Shown here: positions 9,877 to 17,926 of the stretch, piece by piece
How positions within the stretch are numbered: position 1 is the stretch's first letter
Layout of the letters: the number at the start of each line of letters is the position of its first letter
Source: Candidatus Omnitrophota bacterium
GTDB taxonomy: Bacteria; Omnitrophota; Gorgyraeia; Zapsychrales; JANLHA01
Length of the DNA stretch: 64,000 nucleotides
NCBI GenBank assembly: GCA_031423615.1
Contig: JANPFV010000106.1
Coordinates: forward strand, 29 to 64,028
Direction of reading: 5' to 3'
The notes under the pieces: generated by a model
Databases searched by the model: none
What the model was told of the DNA's origin: nothing
The model's input: the letters and a program-made list of their open reading frames with translations, nothing else
Made by a program: the position numbers and the translations under genes

Positions 9877-11238
9877 CTATTGGATAAAAACAGTTTTGAT
9901 GTTAACGAATTCCTGAATTCCAAAATTTGCCAATTCGCGTCCGTAACCGCTTTGTTTGACACCGCCGAAGGGCAGTTTGGGATCGGACCGGACCATGTCA
10001 TTGACAAAACAACAGCCTGCTTCCAATTCGTACGTGGCGATCTCCTCGCCCCGTTTTATATTTTGTGTAAAAACCGCGGCACCCAAACCGAAAACGGTAT
10101 CATTGGCTATGGCGATGGCCTGCCTTTCATCGGGGCTAGAAATAATACTGGCCACCGGTCCAAAAAATTCCTCATCATAAGCCGGCATCCCTTTTTTAAC
10201 ATCGGTTAAAACCGTAGGCGGATAGAACGCCCCCGGCCCCTCGGGAATTTCTCCGCCGAGCAAAAGACGGGCGCCTTTCACTATACTTTTTTGGACCTGT
10301 TCATGCAAACTGGCCCGCAAGTCATGCCGCGCCAAAGGACCTAAAGTCGTTTCCTGCAGTAAGGGGGAACCCATGATAGCGGACTGCATTTCTTCCACAA
10401 AACGATCTTCGAATTCTTTGACCCGCGCTTGGGCGACAATAAAACGCTTGGCAGAAATACAACTCTGTCCTCCGTTAATGAGCCGCGACGCAACACATGT
10501 GGCCACGGCCTTTTCCATATCCGCATCTTCTAAAACAATATAGGCATCGCTACCCCCTAATTCCAAAACAGTTTTTTTGATCAAGGCCCCGGCCTGAGCC
10601 GCAATAGCCTGACCGGCCGGTGTACTGCCCGTCAATGTCACGGCTTTGATCAAAGGATGTCCCAGCAAATCTTTCACCCCCGTGCTGGGAAGCAAAAATG
10701 TTTTAAAAAGACCTTCCGGAAACCCCGCTTCTTTAAAAACTTCCTCGATCGCAATGGCGCACCCGCACACATTGGAAGCATGCTTTAAAATCATGGCATT
10801 GCCAGCCATCAAGGTCGGAGCGGCGCACCGTAAAACCTGCCAAAAAGGAAAATTCCATGGCATAACGGCGAGAATAAGGCCCAGCGGCTGAAACGTTACA
10901 AAACTTTTTTGGCCTTGGGTTTGGATGGGCTGAGGGGCCAAAAAATTCTCGGCTTCATCCGCATAAAATTCGCATGTCACCGCGCATTTTTCAATTTCCG
11001 CTTCACCCTGGGCCACAGGTTTCCCCATTTCCATCGCCATAAGGACCGCATAACGTTTTTTGTGTTTTCGCAAGACAGCGGCGGCCGCCTTCATTTTTTC
11101 CCCGCGCTTATCAAAGGACAATAACCGCCAACTCTCAAAAGCCGCCTGGACTTCTTTAAAACCGCGTTCCATAGCGGCCGGAGAGATTTCTTCGTAGAAA
11201 GCAATGGTTTTACCTGTTGTCGGGTCAACGGTCTGCAT
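9877..11238 (-). CDS. NAD(P)+-dependent succinate-semialdehyde/aldehyde dehydrogenase (ALDH superfamily)
   Basis: 453 aa; ALDH glutamate-site ELGG and catalytic cysteine region (GQSCISAKR), GabD-like length and pattern. Confidence 0.85.
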   Translation of the reverse strand: MQTVDPTTGKTIAFYEEISPAAMERGFKEVQAAFESWRLLSFDKRGEKMKAAAAVLRKHKKRYAVLMAMEMGKPVAQGEAEIEKCAVTCEFYADEAENFLAPQPIQTQGQKSFVTFQPLGLILAVMPWNFPFWQVLRCAAPTLMAGNAMILKHASNVCGCAIAIEEVFKEAGFPEGLFKTFLLPSTGVKDLLGHPLIKAVTLTGSTPAGQAIAAQAGALIKKTVLELGGSDAYIVLEDADMEKAVATCVASRLINGGQSCISAKRFIVAQARVKEFEDRFVEEMQSAIMGSPLLQETTLGPLARHDLRASLHEQVQKSIVKGARLLLGGEIPEGPGAFYPPTVLTDVKKGMPAYDEEFFGPVASIISSPDERQAIAIANDTVFGLGAAVFTQNIKRGEEIATYELEAGCCFVNDMVRSDPKLPFGGVKQSGYGRELANFGIQEFVNIKTVFIQ

Positions 11239-11241
11239 GTT

Positions 11242-12891
11242 TCACTTTGATTTTCTTTCGTGCATAATTCTTAATTTTCGGATCAGTTCCCCATTAACCT
11301 TGGTGGTAATAGAAATTTCAAAAACACACAGTTCCCGTCTTGACAAAGATTTAGACAACTGGTTCCGCAATTCCTTTACACTCCGGGGCTTATACCCTTT
11401 AATACCGAAACTCTCGACATATTTTTTAAAATCAGGATTGGTAAGTGCAGTCCCCGTCGAACGTCCCCGGCTCATTTGCTGTTTCCAACTGATCAGTCCA
11501 TAATCATTATCATTAAAAATAATGACCACAAAGCCAAGCCCCAAACGTTTGGCCGTTTCCAATTCTTGAGAGTTCATCATAAATCCCCCGTCGCCCATGA
11601 CCGCGACAATGCGGCGGTGGGGTGAATGCAGGGCCGCGGCCACCGCCCCCGGCAAAGCGATTCCCATACTCGCCAATCCATTGGAAATGATGACGCCGTT
11701 AGGACAACACGCAGAGAAATTACGGGCGATCCATAACTTGTGGCTTCCCACGTCGCTGATCAAAAGATCATCTCCATGCAAAAGGGATTGCAAAATATTC
11801 AGAACCCCGGGAGTGGTAAAAGGTTGTCCCGGTTTCAATTCATAACTCATGATGTCTTTGTGAATACGCGCCCGGACGTTCTTATACCATGAACGTTCGT
11901 ATTGAAAACTTTCGCGACTTAAAAGATTATTAAGTTCCCGTAAGGTCGCAGGGACATCGGCCACAATTTCTACCGCCGGCTGGTAGTTGCTGTAAACCTC
12001 GGCGGGGGTAAAATCGATATGGATGATATTCTTTTTCTTGCCTTTGTTCCAGGCGTCCGGAGAATATTCTGCAATATCGTAACCCACGGTGATAATAAGG
12101 TCGGCCATGTCCACGGCATCCATAACAATGTCACGGAAATTAAAACCAATAGTAAATAACGATTGCGGACTGGTATCGGCGACCGCCCCCTGCCCCATAA
12201 ACGTATGCACGACCGGAATTTCATATTTGCGCACTATTTCGCTGAGTTCTTCCGAAGCCAATTTACGCACGGCTCCGTTGCCGGCGATAATAAGCGGATA
12301 CTGCGCTTTCTTCAATAATGTCACCGCATCGCGGAGCGCTTGATTATCCGGATCCGGACGACGGACACGGACGACTTTAAGCGGCTGGGATTTTGTTTGC
12401 ATGACGGCAATGTCTTCAGAAAATTCAATGTGGGTCGCCCCAGGCTTTTCGCTTTCGGCAATTTTAAATGCCTTCCGGACAACCTCCGGAATGACATCCG
12501 GCCCGAAAATAGCCGTGTTCCACTTGGTAATAGGACGGAACAATTCGACGAGATTGATATATTGGTGGCTTTCTTTATGAAGACGGCGCATGTCCGCTTG
12601 TGCGGAAATCGCAACCACCGGACTCTTATCCGAATTCGCATCGGCGACACCTGTGACAAGATTCGTGGCCCCCGGGCCTAAAGTCGATAAACAGACTCCG
12701 GCCTGACCGCTCACCCGGCCCCACACATCGGCCATGAACGCCGCACCTTGTTCATGCCGGGTGGGAATAAATTTGATCGAGGACTTTTCCAGAGAAAATA
12801 AAATATCTTCCGCTTCCTCGCCGGGAACGCCAAAAACATACTTGACCCCCTCATTTTCCAAACATTTGACAAACACATCGGATGCCTTCAT
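11242..12891 (-). CDS. acetolactate synthase large subunit / TPP-dependent enzyme (catabolic AlsS-like; no adjacent small subunit)
   Basis: 549 aa; N-terminal TPP-pyrimidine domain, central domain, C-terminal GDGGF TPP-binding motif (MGDGGFMMN...NDNDYG). Confidence 0.8.
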   Translation of the reverse strand: MKASDVFVKCLENEGVKYVFGVPGEEAEDILFSLEKSSIKFIPTRHEQGAAFMADVWGRVSGQAGVCLSTLGPGATNLVTGVADANSDKSPVVAISAQADMRRLHKESHQYINLVELFRPITKWNTAIFGPDVIPEVVRKAFKIAESEKPGATHIEFSEDIAVMQTKSQPLKVVRVRRPDPDNQALRDAVTLLKKAQYPLIIAGNGAVRKLASEELSEIVRKYEIPVVHTFMGQGAVADTSPQSLFTIGFNFRDIVMDAVDMADLIITVGYDIAEYSPDAWNKGKKKNIIHIDFTPAEVYSNYQPAVEIVADVPATLRELNNLLSRESFQYERSWYKNVRARIHKDIMSYELKPGQPFTTPGVLNILQSLLHGDDLLISDVGSHKLWIARNFSACCPNGVIISNGLASMGIALPGAVAAALHSPHRRIVAVMGDGGFMMNSQELETAKRLGLGFVVIIFNDNDYGLISWKQQMSRGRSTGTALTNPDFKKYVESFGIKGYKPRSVKELRNQLSKSLSRRELCVFEISITTKVNGELIRKLRIMHERKSK

Positions 12892-12904
12892 AGAACTCCT
12901 CGCG

Positions 12905-15271
12905 TTAACTCCCTAACTCTAAATCGACAACCAGAGGCAAATGGTCCGAACCCACTTTTTCCAAAGCGGTGCGGGCGATCATGACCGGCTTGGACTTAAA
13001 TTCCGGCGATATAAAAGCATAATCGATGCGCCGAAAAGGATATCCGGCATACCAGGTCGGATAAAGTTCTTTCCCGGCGATATTCGGCTCGCTGTCGCGC
13101 AAGCGCGTACATATTTTTTTATATCCCAGAGAACGGGGCGTCATATTAAAATCGCCGCAGAGAATGACCGGACCTTTACATTCCGGGTGAGAAACCCATT
13201 CTTCGCTCAAAATATTCTTGCATTGCAAGACTTGGACGGGTCCCAATAAACTCAAATGCGTATTAAAGACGTTGATTTTGGTTCCTTCAAAATCGATGAC
13301 GACCCAGATGACACCGCGCGGTTCAAAAACTTTTTTATTAGAAAAATTCGGCAAAAGCGCCTGTTTAATCAAGGCCATGGGATAACGGCTGATGATCGCA
13401 CGCCCATACTGTTCATCCTGACCGTGAAATGTGGAATGAAACTGAAAAAACATTCCCAGGTGCCGGGCAATTTTTTCCGCCTGGGCGACACCCGCTGATC
13501 TTTTACGGTAGGCGTCCAGTTCCTGCAAAGCCATCACGTCCGGATTATAGCGACGGATAATACGGGCAATACGATCGGTGGAAATCTTTCCGTCCATGCC
13601 GCGGCAGCCATGGACATTGTAACTCATCACGCGTAATTTCTTGTCCAAGGCCGGACGTGGAACTGTCGGTGTCGGACGAAAAAAAACTTCTTGGGTCATA
13701 AAATTCTGCGCCGCTTTACGTAAATCTTCAGGACGAATATAATTTTTTCCCGTGGGTTCAATGTAAACATCAAAAGGTAAAAGCGCAAAAGCCCGGGTCT
13801 CTTCTGTCCCGCCGCCGGAATGCGCTCCGGATTCCAGCGGAAAACTTATCGCTTGCGCACCCTGGCACCAGCCAAAAAGAATAAAATCTCCGGCATTGGC
13901 ATGATCACAAATGCGCAGGATATCTTCCTTCATAGAATCAAGAAAAGGATGATCCCGTCCAAAAACTCCCCCCAAATCTTGGGGAATAGAAAATTGCCCC
14001 GCGCTGGTAAAACCTTGGACATTGTTTTTTTCGTCCCGCATCATAACAAAGGGAATCCCCACTTCGGAAACGAGCATACGAGCATAAAAAATCTTTTCAA
14101 TCGCGTTTAACGGCCGCTTCACATAAACATGCCCTACCGGGCCCATAGCGGTGACAACGACGTCGGAAGGAAGAGGGGGAATTTCCGGCCCTCTGTCTTT
14201 CTCGCCAAAGTAGGCCTTCTTCGTGGCCATGGCCATATCGTGCTCGCCGGTAATATGACTGGTGACAGCTTGTGTCCGAAAAGCCTTCTTGACCGCCGCT
14301 TCCAAAGTCTTGCCATATTTGAGGAAATAGGGTGTTGTCTTTTCCTGACCGTGGTCGCTATAAATCCACAAATCATAATCCCGGTTGGGAGAACGTTCCA
14401 TCATCTTTTGCGTGCGTTGAATGACATTGTCAATTCCTCGCAAAGACCAATGCGCGAAGCGCGACGACGGACCGCGACAATGCGCTTGTTCGTCATAACC
14501 CAATAAATTAAAATGGATGATCGGCAAACCCCGTATCAGATCAATACAGACGCCAGCGGCAATAAATTCCCTTAAGAGCACGCAGACAAGCACCCGCAAA
14601 TAAATAAATTCCAATTCTTTAATTAATAATTTCCCTTTAAGGGTTCCGCGGATACATTCCACAACCGCGAGAAAGAATTCAATGAGTAGCAGGACAAATG
14701 TTCTGATAAAAATATCAATATAAAGCAGAAACAAGAAGGGCAAAACCAGGGGATTGACCGCGTGCAAAATACCGCTCCATCCCATTTTCGCAAAACAAAA
14801 ATGGGCCTCGTCTGCCCCGCCGGAAAAAATATTGGAATAAGAACTGCCGCCCGCCAAAAGCCCTTCGCCTTGAGTCTTTAGCTGTTCCTCGAGAGATGCG
14901 GCATAAGGGGTGTCAAACATTTTAACGGACTGACCGCTTTTGCGGTCCATAAAATTAAAAGCAGGGACACAGGTTTTGACACCATAAAATAATTCACCCT
15001 GGACGGAAGGAGTATTCGAGGGAAGACCCGAATAAAGCGTATGCAGGACATAGCGCTCTTTTTGCAACAAAGAATTTAAAAAAGGCATATGGCCTTTTTG
15101 TAGGGCTCGTTGCAGCTGGCTCATAGACAGCCCATCGATCTGGATCATGACAATCCCTGCCTGGAAGGCGGGCTTGGTTAACTTAGAAAGCCGAAGCAAG
15201 CGTATGGCCCATTGACTCCGACTAAACAAAAAACCCATCTCGCGAAAGAAAACTTTTACATGAGCGATCAT
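12905..15271 (-). CDS. fusion protein: alkaline-phosphatase-superfamily (type I phosphodiesterase/NPP-like) domain interrupted by TM helices + C-terminal endonuclease/exonuclease/phosphatase (EEP) domain
   Basis: N-part: IQIDGLS...SGLPSNTPSVQGELFYG ... YSDHGQE (metal ligands of AlkP superfamily); hydrophobic helices in the middle; C-part: VMSYNVHGCRG...DVMALQELD...GDFNMTP...GSDHLPLVVDLEL (EEP motifs). Start taken at ATG 15271, 1 nt after upstream stop. Confidence 0.6.
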   Translation of the reverse strand: MIAHVKVFFREMGFLFSRSQWAIRLLRLSKLTKPAFQAGIVMIQIDGLSMSQLQRALQKGHMPFLNSLLQKERYVLHTLYSGLPSNTPSVQGELFYGVKTCVPAFNFMDRKSGQSVKMFDTPYAASLEEQLKTQGEGLLAGGSSYSNIFSGGADEAHFCFAKMGWSGILHAVNPLVLPFLFLLYIDIFIRTFVLLLIEFFLAVVECIRGTLKGKLLIKELEFIYLRVLVCVLLREFIAAGVCIDLIRGLPIIHFNLLGYDEQAHCRGPSSRFAHWSLRGIDNVIQRTQKMMERSPNRDYDLWIYSDHGQEKTTPYFLKYGKTLEAAVKKAFRTQAVTSHITGEHDMAMATKKAYFGEKDRGPEIPPLPSDVVVTAMGPVGHVYVKRPLNAIEKIFYARMLVSEVGIPFVMMRDEKNNVQGFTSAGQFSIPQDLGGVFGRDHPFLDSMKEDILRICDHANAGDFILFGWCQGAQAISFPLESGAHSGGGTEETRAFALLPFDVYIEPTGKNYIRPEDLRKAAQNFMTQEVFFRPTPTVPRPALDKKLRVMSYNVHGCRGMDGKISTDRIARIIRRYNPDVMALQELDAYRKRSAGVAQAEKIARHLGMFFQFHSTFHGQDEQYGRAIISRYPMALIKQALLPNFSNKKVFEPRGVIWVVIDFEGTKINVFNTHLSLLGPVQVLQCKNILSEEWVSHPECKGPVILCGDFNMTPRSLGYKKICTRLRDSEPNIAGKELYPTWYAGYPFRRIDYAFISPEFKSKPVMIARTALEKVGSDHLPLVVDLELGS

Positions 15272-15272
15272 A

Positions 15273-15716
15273 TCAATTGTTTCTAGCGAACTGTGTCCTT
15301 TCTTCGTTATTATTGGCGGCGGTTTCTCCCTCCGGGGATAATACATCAATCATCTTATCAGCATTAAATATTTTCATCCATCTGTCTTCTGAAAAAATAT
15401 AAATGAAAACACCAGCTGCACTCAGAATATAAAAACCAGCACATCCGAGGGTAATGGCCATTTTAATTTCCAGACTCCAGGGTGTATAAAAAAAGATAGC
15501 CAAATGAAATAAGATAATGCCGCTTAAAAGCAAGACTAAGCAAATACCCGCCCCTAAAAAACTGATCGAAAGCAACCGGAGAGTTCTAATAGTCTGCAGA
15601 TATCCCATAGCGATTTTCAACTTTGTCAGTTCCATTGTGGCATGGGGATACGGACTAAATCTTTTAAACCAGTTTGAAGCCAGAAACAATAAACCTGTCA
15701 TAAGAATTTTTTTCAT
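15273..15716 (-). CDS. small integral membrane protein (3-4 TM), unknown function
   Basis: 147 aa hydrophobic; coupled to the downstream AlkP/EEP gene (stop and start 1 nt apart) and overlaps DUF883 gene stop by 4 nt. Confidence 0.4.
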   Translation of the reverse strand: MKKILMTGLLFLASNWFKRFSPYPHATMELTKLKIAMGYLQTIRTLRLLSISFLGAGICLVLLLSGIILFHLAIFFYTPWSLEIKMAITLGCAGFYILSAAGVFIYIFSEDRWMKIFNADKMIDVLSPEGETAANNNEERTQFARNN

Positions 15717-16045
15717 CTTTTCCCCTTTGGTTTTGATGGCTGGCTACGATATCCCATAATGATTCCCAAAACGAAACAGCCAACGGCGACTTTCCCTAAT
15801 AGGGCCCAAGGATCCCTTTTAAATCTGGATTCTAATCCCTGCGTCACGACACGAAAAGTTTTTTGCGACGCTTTTAAAATATTTTCAACCTGCATCAAGG
15901 GCAGGGCGAAAGAATTCAAAATTTTTTCAGGGACCGCGGCCGCACTTTTCGCTACCTTGCTTTCTTCTTTTTTAATTTCATGGGCATCCTCCAGCCGGTT
16001 GAGAGCCCGGTTGATGGCGGAATTTTTATTTTCGCGATTAATCAT
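15713..16045 (-). CDS. DUF883 family (ElaB/YqjD/YgaM-like) C-tail-anchored stress protein
   Basis: about 110 aa; charged coiled-coil N-part and C-terminal DPWALLGKVAVGCFVLGIIMG anchor; AAAGGAGG SD before ATG 16045. Confidence 0.65.
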   Translation of the reverse strand: MINRENKNSAINRALNRLEDAHEIKKEESKVAKSAAAVPEKILNSFALPLMQVENILKASQKTFRVVTQGLESRFKRDPWALLGKVAVGCFVLGIIMGYRSQPSKPKGKR

Positions 16046-16119
16046 TAAATCCTCCTTTTCAGAAAAATCATCCTTGTGACCCTGGAGCCCGAGGCTGCCG
16101 GGCTCCAGGGAAGGACCAA

Positions 16120-16365
16120 TTAATTTCTTCTGCTGATTCCTAAAATGAATCCGAGAAGAACGCAACCAACAGCCACGCCACCAACGATAGGCCATGGATT
16201 TTCATGAAGCTTTTTATCCACGTCGGCTATGACTTTTTGGATTTGTTCTTGGCCCTGCTTGACTTTCTTATCAATATCAGAAACGACGTTCTTGATACGG
16301 TCTTCACCTTCTTTTAAAGAAGACTGTAAATCATTTTCCTTATCCTTCATGTAGGTATTTTGCAT
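16120..16365 (-). CDS. DUF883 family (ElaB/YqjD-like) paralog
   Basis: 81 aa; ENPWPIVGGVAVGCVLLGFILG tail; AAAGGAGAATCAC SD before ATG 16365. Confidence 0.65.
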   Translation of the reverse strand: MQNTYMKDKENDLQSSLKEGEDRIKNVVSDIDKKVKQGQEQIQKVIADVDKKLHENPWPIVGGVAVGCVLLGFILGISRRN

Positions 16366-16546
16366 GTGATTCTCCTTTGTTTTGTTACGGTTGATGGGTT
16401 TAAGTATTAGTGACACCCCCGCAGGACAAATAAAAAAAATAAAATTGGTAAAGGTACACCTATAAGCCATAGGAAGGCCCAACCCACTCGGCCCTGCTCA
16501 CTTCTAATTCTTTCAATACATTTCATTAGCCTCTCCTTTCTTATTT

Positions 16547-17926
16547 TTATTTAAAGGCCAACCATCTCCACAGGGATCGGGAAACGGCTGTGGCCCCGCT
16601 TCTTTTCTTAACGTTCGATTGCGGTGACAGTGGCGTGTTCACATCGTTGCTCGCCGGAGTCCCTAATGCGGGAGAAAGCATTGCTCCCGCCGCGTTAGTT
16701 AAATTTCTGACCAAATCCCACTGTGTTTTGATCATCCGTGTCGTCCGGCTCCACGGACTGTCTTGCACATTCTTCCGAAAAAAACCTTCTACAACCAGAT
16801 TGACGTAAACTTTTAAAGCCCGCTGAGCGCATTTTTCCATCGAAAATTCCTGCGCGGTTTTAAGACAAGCTTTTTTGATTGTTTCGACCGCTTCGTCGGA
16901 TTGTTCCGCCAGCCATTGCAACGCGCTCACAAAATCATCCGTAATTTCACGAGGCAATAAACGCCCATTGATACCGTCGGAAACAACTTCCCGAACACCC
17001 GGAGCATCCACAGCCACGACCGGGACCTGCGCGGCCATGGCTTCGGTTATGACCAGGCCCTGCGTTTCGCTTTGAGAAGCAAAAACAAAAACATCCATCG
17101 CATGATAGGTGTCCACAAGGTCTTGCCCTTTGACGACACCAACCATACGCAGCCGATCGCCTACCCCTTCCTGAGTCATGATCTCCCTGATCGCTTCTTC
17201 CGACGGACCTTTACCGCCGACAAGATAATAAGCCCGCGGTTCTTTTTTCATAAATTCCGCTACCGCGCGGCTGACAAATTCCAAGTTCTTTTCCGGAGCC
17301 AATCGCCCCACATGGCCAATGACAAAAGCATCTTTGGGAATATTTTGTTTCTTGCGAAAACTGTGACCGTCTCCTAAGGCAAATTTTTCCAAATCGATCC
17401 CCGTGGGAACAACTTCGATGGGTGTAGTTACCCCGCGTTCTTTCATCAAGCGCATCACACTTTCGCTAGGTGCGAAAGCCTGATCAGCCAAATTGGCATA
17501 ACCCGTGGAAAGCTCGATGACAAATCTCTTTAACGCCTCATCATTGCCGGGAACATAATGAACATTTTCTTCATATAAAGTGTGGTGGGTGAAAACGAGC
17601 GGCACATTAAATTTCGCAGCCAGGCGCAACGCTGTATCTCCGATGAGAAAAGGATGATGGGTGTGAATCAAATGCGGTTTAAAATCGCCCAGCGCTTCGG
17701 TCAACGCTCCGGGGATGGGCAATTCGACCGAAAAATCTGACCCATTAAACTTTTGTATTGCAGGTATACGGATCACTCCTTCCTCCGGCTTCATATCAGG
17801 ATATTCCGGCGCGACGATGCGGACATCGTGTCCTGCTTTCCGGTATTCCTTCGTAAAGTTTTCCACCGACCTTTCCAGTCCGCCCAATAAAGGTTTATAC
17901 GTATTCGTCATCATGATAATATTCAT
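16547..17926 (-). CDS. glycosyltransferase family 4 (GT-B, retaining)
   Basis: 459 aa; GT4 C-terminal domain with E-x7-E region (SQSETQGLVITEAMAAQVPVV); about 80 aa low-complexity C-terminal extension; 4-nt overlap with upstream GH gene. Confidence 0.8.
   Translation of the reverse strand: MNIIMMTNTYKPLLGGLERSVENFTKEYRKAGHDVRIVAPEYPDMKPEEGVIRIPAIQKFNGSDFSVELPIPGALTEALGDFKPHLIHTHHPFLIGDTALRLAAKFNVPLVFTHHTLYEENVHYVPGNDEALKRFVIELSTGYANLADQAFAPSESVMRLMKERGVTTPIEVVPTGIDLEKFALGDGHSFRKKQNIPKDAFVIGHVGRLAPEKNLEFVSRAVAEFMKKEPRAYYLVGGKGPSEEAIREIMTQEGVGDRLRMVGVVKGQDLVDTYHAMDVFVFASQSETQGLVITEAMAAQVPVVAVDAPGVREVVSDGINGRLLPREITDDFVSALQWLAEQSDEAVETIKKACLKTAQEFSMEKCAQRALKVYVNLVVEGFFRKNVQDSPWSRTTRMIKTQWDLVRNLTNAAGAMLSPALGTPASNDVNTPLSPQSNVKKRSGATAVSRSLWRWLAFK

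Noticed and set aside
9864-10007. N-terminal part of track ORF 9687..10007
   Set aside because: It overlaps the aldehyde dehydrogenase 3' end and has no RBS. The internal ATG at 9863 has an AAAGGAGA SD and yields a plausible 58-aa basic protein.
15273-15349. Apparent 77-nt overlap between the 814-aa ORF and the upstream 147-aa membrane-protein ORF
   Set aside because: It is resolved by using the internal ATG at 15271 (MIAHVKVF...), which sits 1 nt after the upstream stop. The longer N-terminus (MMYYPRREKPPP...) is likely untranslated.
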